A stretch of 64,000 nucleotides of DNA, from assembly GCA_022616195.1 (NCBI GenBank), contig JAKEFG010000015.1:9354-73353 (forward strand). Reading direction: 5' to 3'. Positions 1 to 9,636 of the stretch are shown piece after piece. Below the pieces are notes generated by a model. That model was not told the DNA's origin, made no database searches, and was given only the letters and a program-made list of their open reading frames with translations. Source of the DNA: Candidatus Wolfebacteria bacterium. Its GTDB lineage: Bacteria; Patescibacteriota; Minisyncoccia; Phycocordibacterales; EsbW-18. The position numbers and the translations under genes are program-made. Within the stretch, counting starts at the first letter, position 1. Each line of letters begins with the position of its first letter.

Positions 1-8
1 GCTGGAGC

Positions 9-776
9 ATGGCGATGCTTATCATCATCTTTCCACTTTTTATTGTGCTCACTCGCATGGTGAACCAGAGTGTCCGACGGGAGCCTGCCAAAAAGGAGTT
101 GTGGATCAGACGCTGGCTTATCTACCTCACGCTTTTTATCGCAGGAGCGACGGTCGCTGTAGATCTTGTTGCTTTGGTAAACACCTTCCTTGGCGGGGAG
201 ATTACAGGGCGGTTTGCTGCCAAGGTGTTTGTGGTGTTTGTTGTTGCCCTCTCTGTGTTCGGCTACTATCTACTCTCCATTCGTGGTTATTGGGATACCC
301 GCGAGGCTACGTCAAAGCTCTTCGGGTGGGTTGTGGGGGTTGTTGCACTGGGTTCAATTATTGGAGGCTTCTTTATCATCGGTTCTCCCGCAACACAGCG
401 TGCGCTCCGTCTTGACCAGGAGCGCGTCTACAATCTCCAGAATATTCAGTGGCAGATTGTTGACTACTGGCAGAGCAAAGAAACGCTTCCGGCGGAACTC
501 GCATTGCTTGAGGATTCCATACGGGGATTCCGCGTGCCAGCTGACCCCGAGACAGGGGGACCGTATCGCTATGCGGTGACTGGCATGTATTCATTTGAGT
601 TGTGTGCGACATTTGTGCGCGCGAGTGCCGAAACACCCAAAGGAGTGCCGAGCACCCTACCGTACCGCGACGGAGGGCTGGACGAGAATTGGGAGCATGA
701 TGCGGGCGAGACATGCTTTACACGGACGATTGACCCGGAACTCTATCCACCTTATACCGAATCAGTAATCCGATAA
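9..776 (+). CDS. hypothetical multi-pass membrane protein; frame is open to the window edge, so the N-terminus may lie outside
   Basis: 255-aa ORF with at least four hydrophobic helices (IIIFPLFIVL, FIAGATVAVDLVALV, VFVVFVVALSVFGYYLL, GWVVGVVALGSIIGGFFII); no catalytic motif recognised. Confidence 0.5.
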   Translation: MAMLIIIFPLFIVLTRMVNQSVRREPAKKELWIRRWLIYLTLFIAGATVAVDLVALVNTFLGGEITGRFAAKVFVVFVVALSVFGYYLLSIRGYWDTREATSKLFGWVVGVVALGSIIGGFFIIGSPATQRALRLDQERVYNLQNIQWQIVDYWQSKETLPAELALLEDSIRGFRVPADPETGGPYRYAVTGMYSFELCATFVRASAETPKGVPSTLPYRDGGLDENWEHDAGETCFTRTIDPELYPPYTESVIR

Positions 777-857
777 CTAACGTACGATAAAAACATCGTC
801 CGCACTCATGCTACGTGAGGGCGGTTTGTTTCTGTGGTATAGTGTCATTCTACGGGG

Positions 858-3443
858 ATGGAACGCTATAACCACAAAGAAATAGAGAAGAGGTGGCAGA
901 AAAAGTGGAAAGAGCAAAAACTCTACGAAACGCCAGATACGGTGGAAGGGAAGGACAATTTTTACACGCTTGTGGAATTTCCGTATCCATCGGGTAATTT
1001 ACATGTTGGACATTGGTTTGCGTATATTGGTCCAGACATATTTGCACGCTTTATGCGTATGCAAGGAAAGAATGTACTTTTCCCGATCGGCTTTGATGCG
1101 TTTGGACTACCTGCTGAAAATGCTGCTATTAAGCGCGGTATTAATCCACGGGAGTGGACCTATTCGAACATCGCATACATGCGACAGCAGTTTGAAATGA
1201 TGGGAACCTCACTTGATTGGTCTCGAGAGATCATCTCGTGTGATCCCAGATATTATCGTTGGACACAGTGGCTCTTTCTGCAATTTTTCAAAAAAGGATT
1301 AGCATATCAAAAAGAAACGGAAGTGAACTGGTGTCCGTCGTGCAAGACGGTCTTGGCAAATGAGCAAGTGGTGACGGGTGTGTGTGAACGGTGTGGAACA
1401 GAAGTCGAAAAACGGCAGATGCTCCAATGGAATTTAAAAATCACCGACTATGCAGAGCGGCTCATTGATGATCTGGAAAAGCTCGATTGGCCAGAAGAAA
1501 TCAAACAAGCACAGCGGCATTGGATTGGTAGAAGTGAAGGTGCCCTCCTTACCTTTACTATCCAAGAACACAATGCGTCTGTAGAAATATTTACGACGCG
1601 TCCAGATACCTTGTTTGGTGCAACGTATCTGGTATTGGCTCCTGAACATACGCTCATTGAGTCCTTGAAAGATAAGATTACTAATTGGGATGAGGTGGAA
1701 GCGTATAGACAAACTGCACGGAAAAAAACAGATATTGAACGGACTGCTCTCGGAAAAGAAAAGACCGGAGTTGAGCTCCAGGGAATTACGGCACTCAATC
1801 CAGGCACGCAAGAGGAAATTTCCGTCTGGGTTGCTGATTATGTACTTTCTCACTATGGCACGGGCGCTATTATGGCGGTACCAGCACACGATGAGCGGGA
1901 TTTTGCGTTTGCACAGAAGTTTAACTTGGAAAAAGTTTGCGTTATCGAGCCGCGCTCTCTGGATGATTTTACCTTGCGCAAAATGCAGGGGGTGAGTGGG
2001 GAAGAAAAAATTACAGGTAGGGCTGTTGCATATTGGCCTGATGCCGGAGAGACACCGGAGCACGGTTTTAAGAGGGAGGTTGCCGCAATTCTTGCTGGAA
2101 AGTCCGTTTATGTCGGGGAAGGGACACTGGTGCACTCTGGAAAGTTTGATGGGATAACAACACAAGAGGCACGTGAGGCAATCACCAAAGCGGTTGGAGG
2201 CGAAATGAAAACAACCTACAAACTTCGCGACTGGACGGTGTCGCGACAGCGCTACTGGGGATGCCCGATTCCGGTCATTCACTGTGCAAAATGCGGTGTG
2301 GTACCCGTGCCGGAGCATGACCTACCGGTTGTGCTTCCCGAAATTGATGACTTCATACCGACAGGGAATGGTAAGTCGCCCTTAGCGAAAGTGGTGGATT
2401 GGGTGAATGTGAAATGCCCAGAATGTGGTGGAGATGCCGAGCGCGAGACCGACACCCTGGATACGTTTGTTGACTCGTCATGGTACTTTCTCCGCTACAC
2501 CGACCCGCACAACGACAAGGAGTTTGCATCGCGCGGGAAACAGGAGGCGTGGATGCCCGTTGGTTTCTATTCGGGTGGCGCGGAACACACGACCATGCAC
2601 CTTCTCTATTCCCGTTTCTTTCACAAGGTATTATTTGACCTCGGTTTGGTTGCCGACACGGAACCGTATGTTCGTAGAATGAATCGCGGACTCATCCTCG
2701 GTCCCGACGGCAACAAAATGAGCAAGTCAAAAGGAAACGTTATTGATCCCGATGATATGGTGGAGCGGCTCGGCGCGGATACCGTGCGGATGTATCTCGC
2801 GTTCATCGGTCCCTACAATGAAGTCGGCGCGTATCCGTGGAATCCGGACGGTGTTGTCGGTGTTCGACGGTTTCTTGAACGGGTGCATGTACTGGTTACA
2901 AAGATTGCAGAGGATAGGAAGAGACTGAAAGACGTCTCTGGCGGATCTGTTTTGATTCACAGAACTGTGAGGTTTGTAACTGAGGTTATCGGACGGCTCA
3001 AATTTAATACTGCCGTTGCACAACTCATGATTCAGTTTAATGGCGAGAATAGTGAACCTGATTGGCGAGGTAAACTTAATAACAAGGGAGAGTGGGAGAG
3101 TATGGAAGTAGACCTCATGGCCCTTAAGATGTTTTTAAAACTTCTTGCACCGTTCGCGCCGCACCTTGCGGAAGAATTGTGGTACCAACTGGGGAATACC
3201 ACCTCTGTCCATCTGGAGCCGTGGCCTGAGTACGACCCGACGCTCGTCGAGGAAGAACAGGTGACCATTGTGGTACAGGTGAACGGCAAGACGAGGGGAG
3301 AGTTCGAGGCAGCCCAAGATATTGATGAGACGGACGCGCGGGAGCGAGCACTTACTCTCCCGACGGTGGAAAAGTGGCTTGGGGGGAAGGAACCCAACAA
3401 AGTTGTCTATGTCCCCGGGCGGTTGGTAAATATCGTTGTCTAG
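858..3443 (+). CDS. leuS: leucyl-tRNA synthetase
   Basis: 861 aa; class I HIGH-type motif (PYPSGNLHVGHW), KMSKSKGNVIDP motif, CP1 editing region; ATG 14 nt downstream of TGgTATAGT extended -10 (835-843). Confidence 0.97.
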   Translation: MERYNHKEIEKRWQKKWKEQKLYETPDTVEGKDNFYTLVEFPYPSGNLHVGHWFAYIGPDIFARFMRMQGKNVLFPIGFDAFGLPAENAAIKRGINPREWTYSNIAYMRQQFEMMGTSLDWSREIISCDPRYYRWTQWLFLQFFKKGLAYQKETEVNWCPSCKTVLANEQVVTGVCERCGTEVEKRQMLQWNLKITDYAERLIDDLEKLDWPEEIKQAQRHWIGRSEGALLTFTIQEHNASVEIFTTRPDTLFGATYLVLAPEHTLIESLKDKITNWDEVEAYRQTARKKTDIERTALGKEKTGVELQGITALNPGTQEEISVWVADYVLSHYGTGAIMAVPAHDERDFAFAQKFNLEKVCVIEPRSLDDFTLRKMQGVSGEEKITGRAVAYWPDAGETPEHGFKREVAAILAGKSVYVGEGTLVHSGKFDGITTQEAREAITKAVGGEMKTTYKLRDWTVSRQRYWGCPIPVIHCAKCGVVPVPEHDLPVVLPEIDDFIPTGNGKSPLAKVVDWVNVKCPECGGDAERETDTLDTFVDSSWYFLRYTDPHNDKEFASRGKQEAWMPVGFYSGGAEHTTMHLLYSRFFHKVLFDLGLVADTEPYVRRMNRGLILGPDGNKMSKSKGNVIDPDDMVERLGADTVRMYLAFIGPYNEVGAYPWNPDGVVGVRRFLERVHVLVTKIAEDRKRLKDVSGGSVLIHRTVRFVTEVIGRLKFNTAVAQLMIQFNGENSEPDWRGKLNNKGEWESMEVDLMALKMFLKLLAPFAPHLAEELWYQLGNTTSVHLEPWPEYDPTLVEEEQVTIVVQVNGKTRGEFEAAQDIDETDARERALTLPTVEKWLGGKEPNKVVYVPGRLVNIVV

Positions 3444-3554
3444 AGGCGTTTCTGAGCTTGCCTTCTGCCATTTCTCAAGAAATGGTAGGGGGTTGACGGA
3501 GATAATGGTCGGTGCTAGAATGAGTGGCTGTGAGACAAGTACTACCTCTAAAAC

Positions 3555-3583
3555 TTGCACTTATTGCTCATTTGTGATATAGT
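3555..3583 (+). promoter_or_regulatory. sigma70-type promoter TTGCAC-17nt-TGaTATAGT; -10 ends 6 nt before ATG 3590 (leaderless mRNA implied); a second TTGACG-17-TAGAAT lies at ~3493-3521
   Basis: hexamers and spacing read directly from sequence. Confidence 0.5.
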
Positions 3584-3589
3584 GGTGCC

Positions 3590-4642
3590 ATGGCTACGAA
3601 AGCAAAATCGGAGAAAACGGTGAAATTGAACTTTGTCCCGAAACAGGTTGTCAAGCGCCTGCTTGCCGTGCTTCCTGATCGTGCTGTTGATGTCCTGACC
3701 CGTCGGTATGGACTCGGAAAGGACACCGGTCGTATGACGCTTGAAGCCATCGGTCAGATTTACGATATTACCCGAGAGCGCGTCAGACAGATCGAGAATT
3801 ACGCGCTCGGGGCCATCCGCAAGTCCGAAAGCTATGAGAAGGAAAGTAAGGCCATTGATGAGCTCGAGCGGCTCATCAACGCGATGGGGGTGGTTGTCCC
3901 GGAAGAATTTTTTCTCGATGAGGTTGCAAAGGACAAGAGCACCCAGAACTACATACACTTTCTGTTGGTGCTCGGTCACCCGTTCACTCGTTTCAAGGAA
4001 GACGAACATTTTACGCATCGCTGGCATATTGATGCAGATGTCGCCCGTGGTGTTGAGGAGGCGCTGAAGAACTTGTACGCGTCACTGCCGGACGAAGAGC
4101 TTCTGTCGGAGCCGGAGCTCATGACGAGATTTCTGTCACATCTCAAAGAGCTCGCGGACCAGTACCGCGACGAAGAAATTCTGAAACGCTGGCTTTCGCT
4201 CTCGAAGAAAATTGCCAAAAGCCCTCTGGGCGATTGGGGACGTGTTGAGTCAACTGCGGTGAGCCCCCGCGGCATTCGCGACTATGCGTATCTGGTGATT
4301 CTTCGGCACGGCTCACCGCTCCACTTCACCGAAGTGGCGAAACAAATCAGCAAGCTATTTGACCGGCGGGCACACACTGCAACCGCGCACAACGAGCTCA
4401 TAAAGGACCAACGGTTCGTGCTTGTCGGACGCGGGCTCTATGCACTCTCGGAGTGGGGATACATGCAAGGTGTCGTCAAAGACGTTATTGTCGAGATTCT
4501 CAAACAGCACGGTCCGCTGACCAAAGAGGAAATCATTGACCGGGTGCTCAAGGAACGCTACGTGAAGGGAAATACTATCGCGGTCAATCTGCAGGATCCG
4601 ATGTTTAAGAGGACAAAGGACGGGAAGTACGCGCTCGCGTAG
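3590..4642 (+). CDS. sigma-70 region-4-like HTH protein with ~280-aa uncharacterised C-terminal extension (not a complete sigma factor)
   Basis: N-terminal LLAVLPDRAVDVLTRRYGLG..TLEAIGQIYDITRERVRQIENYALGAIRK matches sigma70 region 4 / FliA-type HTH; regions 2 and 3 absent; remainder helical with no known motif. Confidence 0.8.
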   Translation: MATKAKSEKTVKLNFVPKQVVKRLLAVLPDRAVDVLTRRYGLGKDTGRMTLEAIGQIYDITRERVRQIENYALGAIRKSESYEKESKAIDELERLINAMGVVVPEEFFLDEVAKDKSTQNYIHFLLVLGHPFTRFKEDEHFTHRWHIDADVARGVEEALKNLYASLPDEELLSEPELMTRFLSHLKELADQYRDEEILKRWLSLSKKIAKSPLGDWGRVESTAVSPRGIRDYAYLVILRHGSPLHFTEVAKQISKLFDRRAHTATAHNELIKDQRFVLVGRGLYALSEWGYMQGVVKDVIVEILKQHGPLTKEEIIDRVLKERYVKGNTIAVNLQDPMFKRTKDGKYALA

Positions 4643-4784
4643 CAGCTCGGAACACTCTCCTTCAAAATTCCAGATGCCTGCATGCGCCGCTCTTGAGCGG
4701 CTGTTGGGCTCTGTTGTTAACAGAAACATACAGCTGGTATACATTCGCGGCAGAAACCAGTGGTGTGTTGGGAAGGAGGTTCAG

Positions 4785-5117
4785 ATGGAGAAAGAGGAAA
4801 TCCTACATCAAGCAAATGAGATCGTCGGCGAGCACGGTCTTGTCGCCGAGCTTCTTGAAGGGGTTCTATCTGTAGGTGTTGGTGGGGATGAGCGAACCTA
4901 CTTACCCGTGCTTTGTCTGCGGGGTTCGTTTCCAGGCGACGCTTCGAGAGATTTCTACCAAGCTCACGAACGAGTTACCTATCAACAGGGTGACATTCGA
5001 GCTTGCTCGTGCGTCCCAGTAACAGCGGAGTCACGTGTCTCGGGAAGTTATCGTACGGCGGCTTCCCCGTTTCTTTTCCTGCGAACCACTTACTACCCAC
5101 TACAAACTACGGACTGA
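4785..5117 (+). pseudogene. guaA: relic of GMP synthase C-terminal (dimerisation) domain; ATP-PPase and GATase domains absent
   Basis: GVLSVGVGGDERTYLPVLCLRGSFPGDASRDFYQAHERVTY aligns with GuaA C-terminal consensus ([39 protein letters not shown]); sequence after this diverges; strong SD AGGAGG 5 nt upstream and TGgTATACA -10 at ~4735-4743. Confidence 0.45.
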
Positions 5118-5134
5118 AGTGGTATCATGACAGC

Positions 5135-6430
5135 ATGGACATTCTCCGTGAACTTTTTACCGGTCCGGGTCTTAACCTCACTCTGAGCGGTCTGCGCCTG
5201 CTTGCGCTTGCCGCGCCGGTGTGGCTGCCGCTTGTGCTCGGTATCGGTTTTTGGAAGGTGTGGGTAGGGTATCGGCGAGCGGCGTTTATTAGTAGCATGG
5301 AGTGGGTATTTCTCGAGATTCTATTACCCCAGGAAATCACCCGCTCGCCGCTCGCCATGGAACTGGTGCTCAATACGTTCCAACAGAGCTTTGGCGAGGC
5401 GCATGCATATGAAAAGTACTGGAAAGGTGGGGTGCGTCCGTGGACGTCGCTTGAGCTTGTATCTGTTGAAGGATCCGTGCATTTCATCATCCGGATACAT
5501 AAGGGAAGCCGTGCACTCATCGAGTCACAGATTTACGCAGAATATCCCGATGTCGAGATACACGAGGTTCCTGACTATATCCACGGCATTGATTTCGACA
5601 ATGAACTCGTGCAGTTATGGGGCGCTGAGTTTGCGCTTACCAAAGCCGACCCGTATCCTATCAAAACCTACGTCGACTACGGTCTCGATCGCGATCCGAA
5701 AGAAGAGCAAAAGATAGATCCGATTGCGCCGGTCATTGAATGGCTCGGCTCGCTCGGTGCCGGCGAGCAGGCATGGATTCAAATACTCGTTCGTCAGCAT
5801 AAGGACGAAACGCCTAAAATGGTCGGACCGTTCCGAAAACTTGTTGAGTTCAAGGCAGACAAGAAAAAGCTCTCCGAAAAAATCAAGTTCTTCCCGACGA
5901 CTGATGCATGGAAGGATGCAGTAAAGAAAGAAATCGAGAAAGTCGTGAAGGAGCGGAAAATCCAGAGTAAGGATGAGGAAAGCGGTCCCGTGAAACTCAC
6001 GCGCATGGAAGAAGAGGTCATCACGGCGCTCGAGCGGAGCATCACCAAGGCGGCATTCGATGTTGGTATTCGCGGTATGTATGTCGCTGAAAAGGACAAG
6101 TTCAATCCGGCGAACATCGGCGGGCTCATCGGCTCGTTCAAGCAGTACAGCACGAATCACCTCAATGGCTTCAAGCCGGGTAAGACCACCGGCGTGAAAG
6201 CGCCCTGGCAGGACCCGTTCGGCACGCGGGTGCCGAGGCGCAAGCGCATCATGCTTGATGCCTACAAGCGCCGGAGTTATTTTCATTCGCCGTACAAGCG
6301 CAAGCCTTTCATTCTGAACACGGAAGAGCTCGCGACGATGTATCACTTCCCGGGACGCGTTTCTACGACGCCGACATTCAAGCGTCTTGAGGCACGAAAG
6401 GCGGAGCCACCAGCACACTTGCCGATGTAA
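5135..6430 (+). CDS. conserved hypothetical protein, N-terminal membrane anchor (LRLLALAAPVWLPLVLGIGFW), charged helical middle, C-terminal FILNTEELATMYHFPG motif
   Basis: long ORF with good coding character; start chosen at ATG 5135 because the upstream part of the ORF overlaps the guaA relic in another frame. Confidence 0.7.
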   Translation: MDILRELFTGPGLNLTLSGLRLLALAAPVWLPLVLGIGFWKVWVGYRRAAFISSMEWVFLEILLPQEITRSPLAMELVLNTFQQSFGEAHAYEKYWKGGVRPWTSLELVSVEGSVHFIIRIHKGSRALIESQIYAEYPDVEIHEVPDYIHGIDFDNELVQLWGAEFALTKADPYPIKTYVDYGLDRDPKEEQKIDPIAPVIEWLGSLGAGEQAWIQILVRQHKDETPKMVGPFRKLVEFKADKKKLSEKIKFFPTTDAWKDAVKKEIEKVVKERKIQSKDEESGPVKLTRMEEEVITALERSITKAAFDVGIRGMYVAEKDKFNPANIGGLIGSFKQYSTNHLNGFKPGKTTGVKAPWQDPFGTRVPRRKRIMLDAYKRRSYFHSPYKRKPFILNTEELATMYHFPGRVSTTPTFKRLEARKAEPPAHLPM

Positions 6431-6438
6431 TTCGACGT

Positions 6439-7407
6439 ATGACACGTCTTCTTGACTCGGTGAATACATTCCTGCCGCTTTCGTGTCTCACGGCGATTGC
6501 TGTTTTACTTGGGACAGCCTTGGTTCTTGTGGTGAGTCCGCCGCATGACTTTCCGAAAGGACAAGTAGTGGTGATCCCATATGGGGCAACACTCTCCGAG
6601 GTCGCTCGTGAGTTTGACTCACTTCAGTTGGTGAGATTTTCCACAGTGCTCAAATCGGTGATTCTGTTGCTCGGAGCATCTGAAACCATTCAGGCTGGTG
6701 ATTATATGTTTGCCGAACCGGTTGGTGTGATTACTTTGGGGCAGCGTATTGTGCGCGGAGACTTTGGATTGGATTACATCAAGGTACGTCTACCCGAGGG
6801 TGCTACACGGTATGTAATGGCAGATATTCTTACGGCAGCGCTACCGCACTTTGAGCGGGAACAATTTCTTGAGATAACAGAGGGATATGAAGGGTTTTTG
6901 TTTCCAGATACATACTTCTTTTCTCCTTCAGTAACTACCGAGGACGTTATGAACGCCCTGAGAGAGACTTTTGTTGAGAGGACAAGACCACTGAGAGATG
7001 AGGTGGCAGTGTCAGGGCATTCGTTTAGCGAGATTGTAACTATGGCATCGCTTGTAGAGCGTGAGGCACACGATCCGAGAGACCGGCGTCTTATCTCTGG
7101 AGTTTTGTGGAGACGTATTGCTATTGATATGCCGCTTCAGGTTGATGCGCCGTTCGTGGCACTCTTTGGTAAGGCATCTCATGAATTGACGCAAGACGAC
7201 CTTGCAACAACATCGCCGTACAACACGTATGTCCACAAGGGACTTCCACCAGAGCCTATTGGAAGCCCAGGACTTGATGCCATCCACGCCGCCCTTGACC
7301 CAACGGAATCGGACTACCTCTACTACCTTTCAGATACTAAAGGGGTGACCTATTACGCCGTCACATTTGAAGAGCACAAACGAAACAGAGAAATGTACCT
7401 CAACTAG
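6439..7407 (+). CDS. mltG: endolytic murein transglycosylase MltG/YceG
   Basis: N-terminal TM, YceG-like domain, C-terminal YNTYVHKGLPPEPIGSPG motif. Confidence 0.88.
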   Translation: MTRLLDSVNTFLPLSCLTAIAVLLGTALVLVVSPPHDFPKGQVVVIPYGATLSEVAREFDSLQLVRFSTVLKSVILLLGASETIQAGDYMFAEPVGVITLGQRIVRGDFGLDYIKVRLPEGATRYVMADILTAALPHFEREQFLEITEGYEGFLFPDTYFFSPSVTTEDVMNALRETFVERTRPLRDEVAVSGHSFSEIVTMASLVEREAHDPRDRRLISGVLWRRIAIDMPLQVDAPFVALFGKASHELTQDDLATTSPYNTYVHKGLPPEPIGSPGLDAIHAALDPTESDYLYYLSDTKGVTYYAVTFEEHKRNREMYLN

Positions 7408-7473
7408 GCCTTTATTGAGTAACCTTCGGTATGTTCGTACCCAGTGCTCTGCACATGATTTCCACAGAGCGGC

Positions 7474-7501
7474 TTGACTCTCAATTGCGAGGGAGTATAC
7501 T
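7474..7501 (+). promoter_or_regulatory. sigma70-type promoter TTGACT-16nt-TATACT upstream of the 23S-5S locus
   Basis: consensus-like hexamers. Confidence 0.5.
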
Positions 7502-7581
7502 TGGGGTATATATGAAAGCGACACAGAACTACATAGAGAGGCGGAGAACGTAGCTAGGCTATTTTGGTAGTGTGCCAAGTC

Positions 7582-7604
7582 TCCGCTCCGAGAGCGGATT
7601 TTTT
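7582..7604 (+). terminator. intrinsic-terminator-like hairpin (tccgctc-cga-gagcgga) followed by TTTTTT, ~75-95 nt downstream of the 7474 promoter
   Basis: 7-bp GC-rich stem plus T6 tract. Confidence 0.5.
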
Positions 7605-7614
7605 AGTTCTTGTT

Positions 7615-7650
7615 CCCGAGGTGCAACCTGTTCGCAGGTTGCACCTCGGG
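7615..7650 (+). other. perfect 16-bp stem hairpin with UUCG tetraloop (cccgaggtgcaacctg-ttcg-caggttgcacctcggg) in the 23S leader
   Basis: exact inverted repeat. Confidence 0.7.
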
Positions 7651-8330
7651 AGACGGAACGGAAAACACGATGGGCTGACTGGACGTTGACAAGCAAATAC
7701 ACGATAGAGAATCAAAGTCTCCGCTGACACGCGATGCGTACAGGCGGAGCAAGCAGGTAATTAAGTAAGGTATCAATGCTTGACATTGATACGCGGTTTT
7801 TAGATTTCCTAATAGGAGATCTGATAAGGGCGCACGGTGGATGCCTTGGCTCTAAACGGCGATGAAGGACGCGGCATGGCGGCGATATGCTTCGGGGAGG
7901 TGCCTAGCAACCTACGATCCGGAGATTTCCGAATGGGGAAACCCTGCGAGGTCAACCCTCGTGATCCTCTGATTCATCAGAGGAGGCACACCCGGGGAAG
8001 TGAAACATCTCAGTACCCGGAGGAACAGAGACTAATAAGTATTTCCTGAGTAGCGGCGAGCGAAATGGAAGAAGCCCAAACTCTGTGAAGCGAAAGCTAT
8101 GCAGAGGGTAGTAGGGTAACAACGTCATCTTTGATGAGGAGAGTTATAAAATGTTCTTCGTTAGCTGAATTCGTTGGAAAGCGAAGCCCGAGAGGGTAAT
8201 AGCCCCGTAATGCGAAAACGGAATGTCTCTCTTGTTGTTATTCCTGAGTACCCCGAGACATGAATAGCTCGGGGGAATCTGCCGGTACTAACCGGTAAGG
8301 CTAAATACGTTTAGAGACCGATAGTGAACC

Positions 8331-8361
<31 letters not shown>

Positions 8362-9636
8362 GGAGAGGGGGGTGAAATAGACCTGAAACCGTGCGTCTAC
8401 AAGGAGTCGAAGTGTCTTTTGGCACAACGGCGTGCCTATTGAAGAATGAGCCAACGAGTGTACGTGTACTGCTCGGCTAAGTCCTTTGTCGGACGAAGCC
8501 ACAGGGAAACCGAGTGTTAACAGCGCGAACTATAACTTTTTGCCGTGCGTGTGTTTCCTAGGACGCATGGTAAAGAGTTATCTGTAGTACATGTACGACC
8601 CGAAGCCGGGTGATCTACCCATGACCAGGGTGAACCTTACCGAAAGGTGGGGGGAGGCCCGAACCGATACGCGGTACAAAACGTTCGGATGAGTTGTGGG
8701 TCGGAGTGAAAAGCTAATCGAACCCGGTAATAGCTGGTTCTCTCCGAAATAGCTTTAGGGCTAGCGTTATGTGTTTCCCTCGGGGGTAGAGCACTGGAAG
8801 GAGTAGACAGGGCGAAAGCTCGCTTCTCCTATCAAACTCCGAATACCGAGGGTTAGAGCATAGCAGTTAGACTATGGGCGCTAAGGTCCATTGGTCAAAA
8901 GGGAAACAGCCCAGACCTCAAGCTAAGGTCCCTAAATCGACACTAAGTGCACGTAAGGAGGTGCAATTTCTCTGACACTGAGGAGGTTGGCTTAGAAGCA
9001 GCCATCCTTTAAAGAAAGCGTAACAGCTCACTCACTTAGAGATTGTGCGCCGCAAATAATCGGGGCTAAGTGTCGTACCGACGCTGAGGATTGTATCCCG
9101 TTTCGACGGGGTGCAGTGGTAGGAGAGCATTTCTATTGCTATGAAGCCCCTGTGTAAACCGGGGTGGAGCGATGGGAAGAGAGAATGTTGGCACAAGTAA
9201 CCGCAAGGCAGGTGCGATCCCTGCCCGCCGAAATCCCAAGGTTTCCTTGGCAATGTCAATCAGCCAAGGGTTAGTCGGTCCTAAGGAGATGGCGAAAGCC
9301 GTATCCGATGGACACACGGTTAATATTCCGTGACTTCCTGTTCATTCGATGGAGTAACGGAGGGTTGTACACGTTGCACATTATTGGATTTGTGTGCATG
9401 CTTTGAGGGAGTCAGTTAGGCAAATCCGGCTGACGCCACCCCGAGAAGTGTGCGGAATTCCGCTACGGCGGGAGAACAACGTGGAGCACGCTCCCGAGAA
9501 AAACTTCTAAGGTTCATGTCCAGGAAACCGTACCGCAAACCGACACAGGTGGGAAGGTCGAGAAGACCAAGGCGAACGGGTGAGAGATCCTCAAGGAACT
9601 CGGCAAAAAAGCGGCCGTAAGTTCGCAATAAGGCCT

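Noticed and set aside
1434-2318. 294-aa minus-strand ORF inside leuS
   Set aside because: Antisense to a strongly conserved synthetase gene, with no start context, and Cys/Arg-rich junk composition.
7408-7814. 16S rRNA or spacer tRNAs upstream of 23S
   Set aside because: Sequence upstream of 23S is mltG plus ~400 nt of leader. No 16S 3' end, tRNA-Ile or tRNA-Ala is present, so the locus is an unlinked 23S-5S unit.
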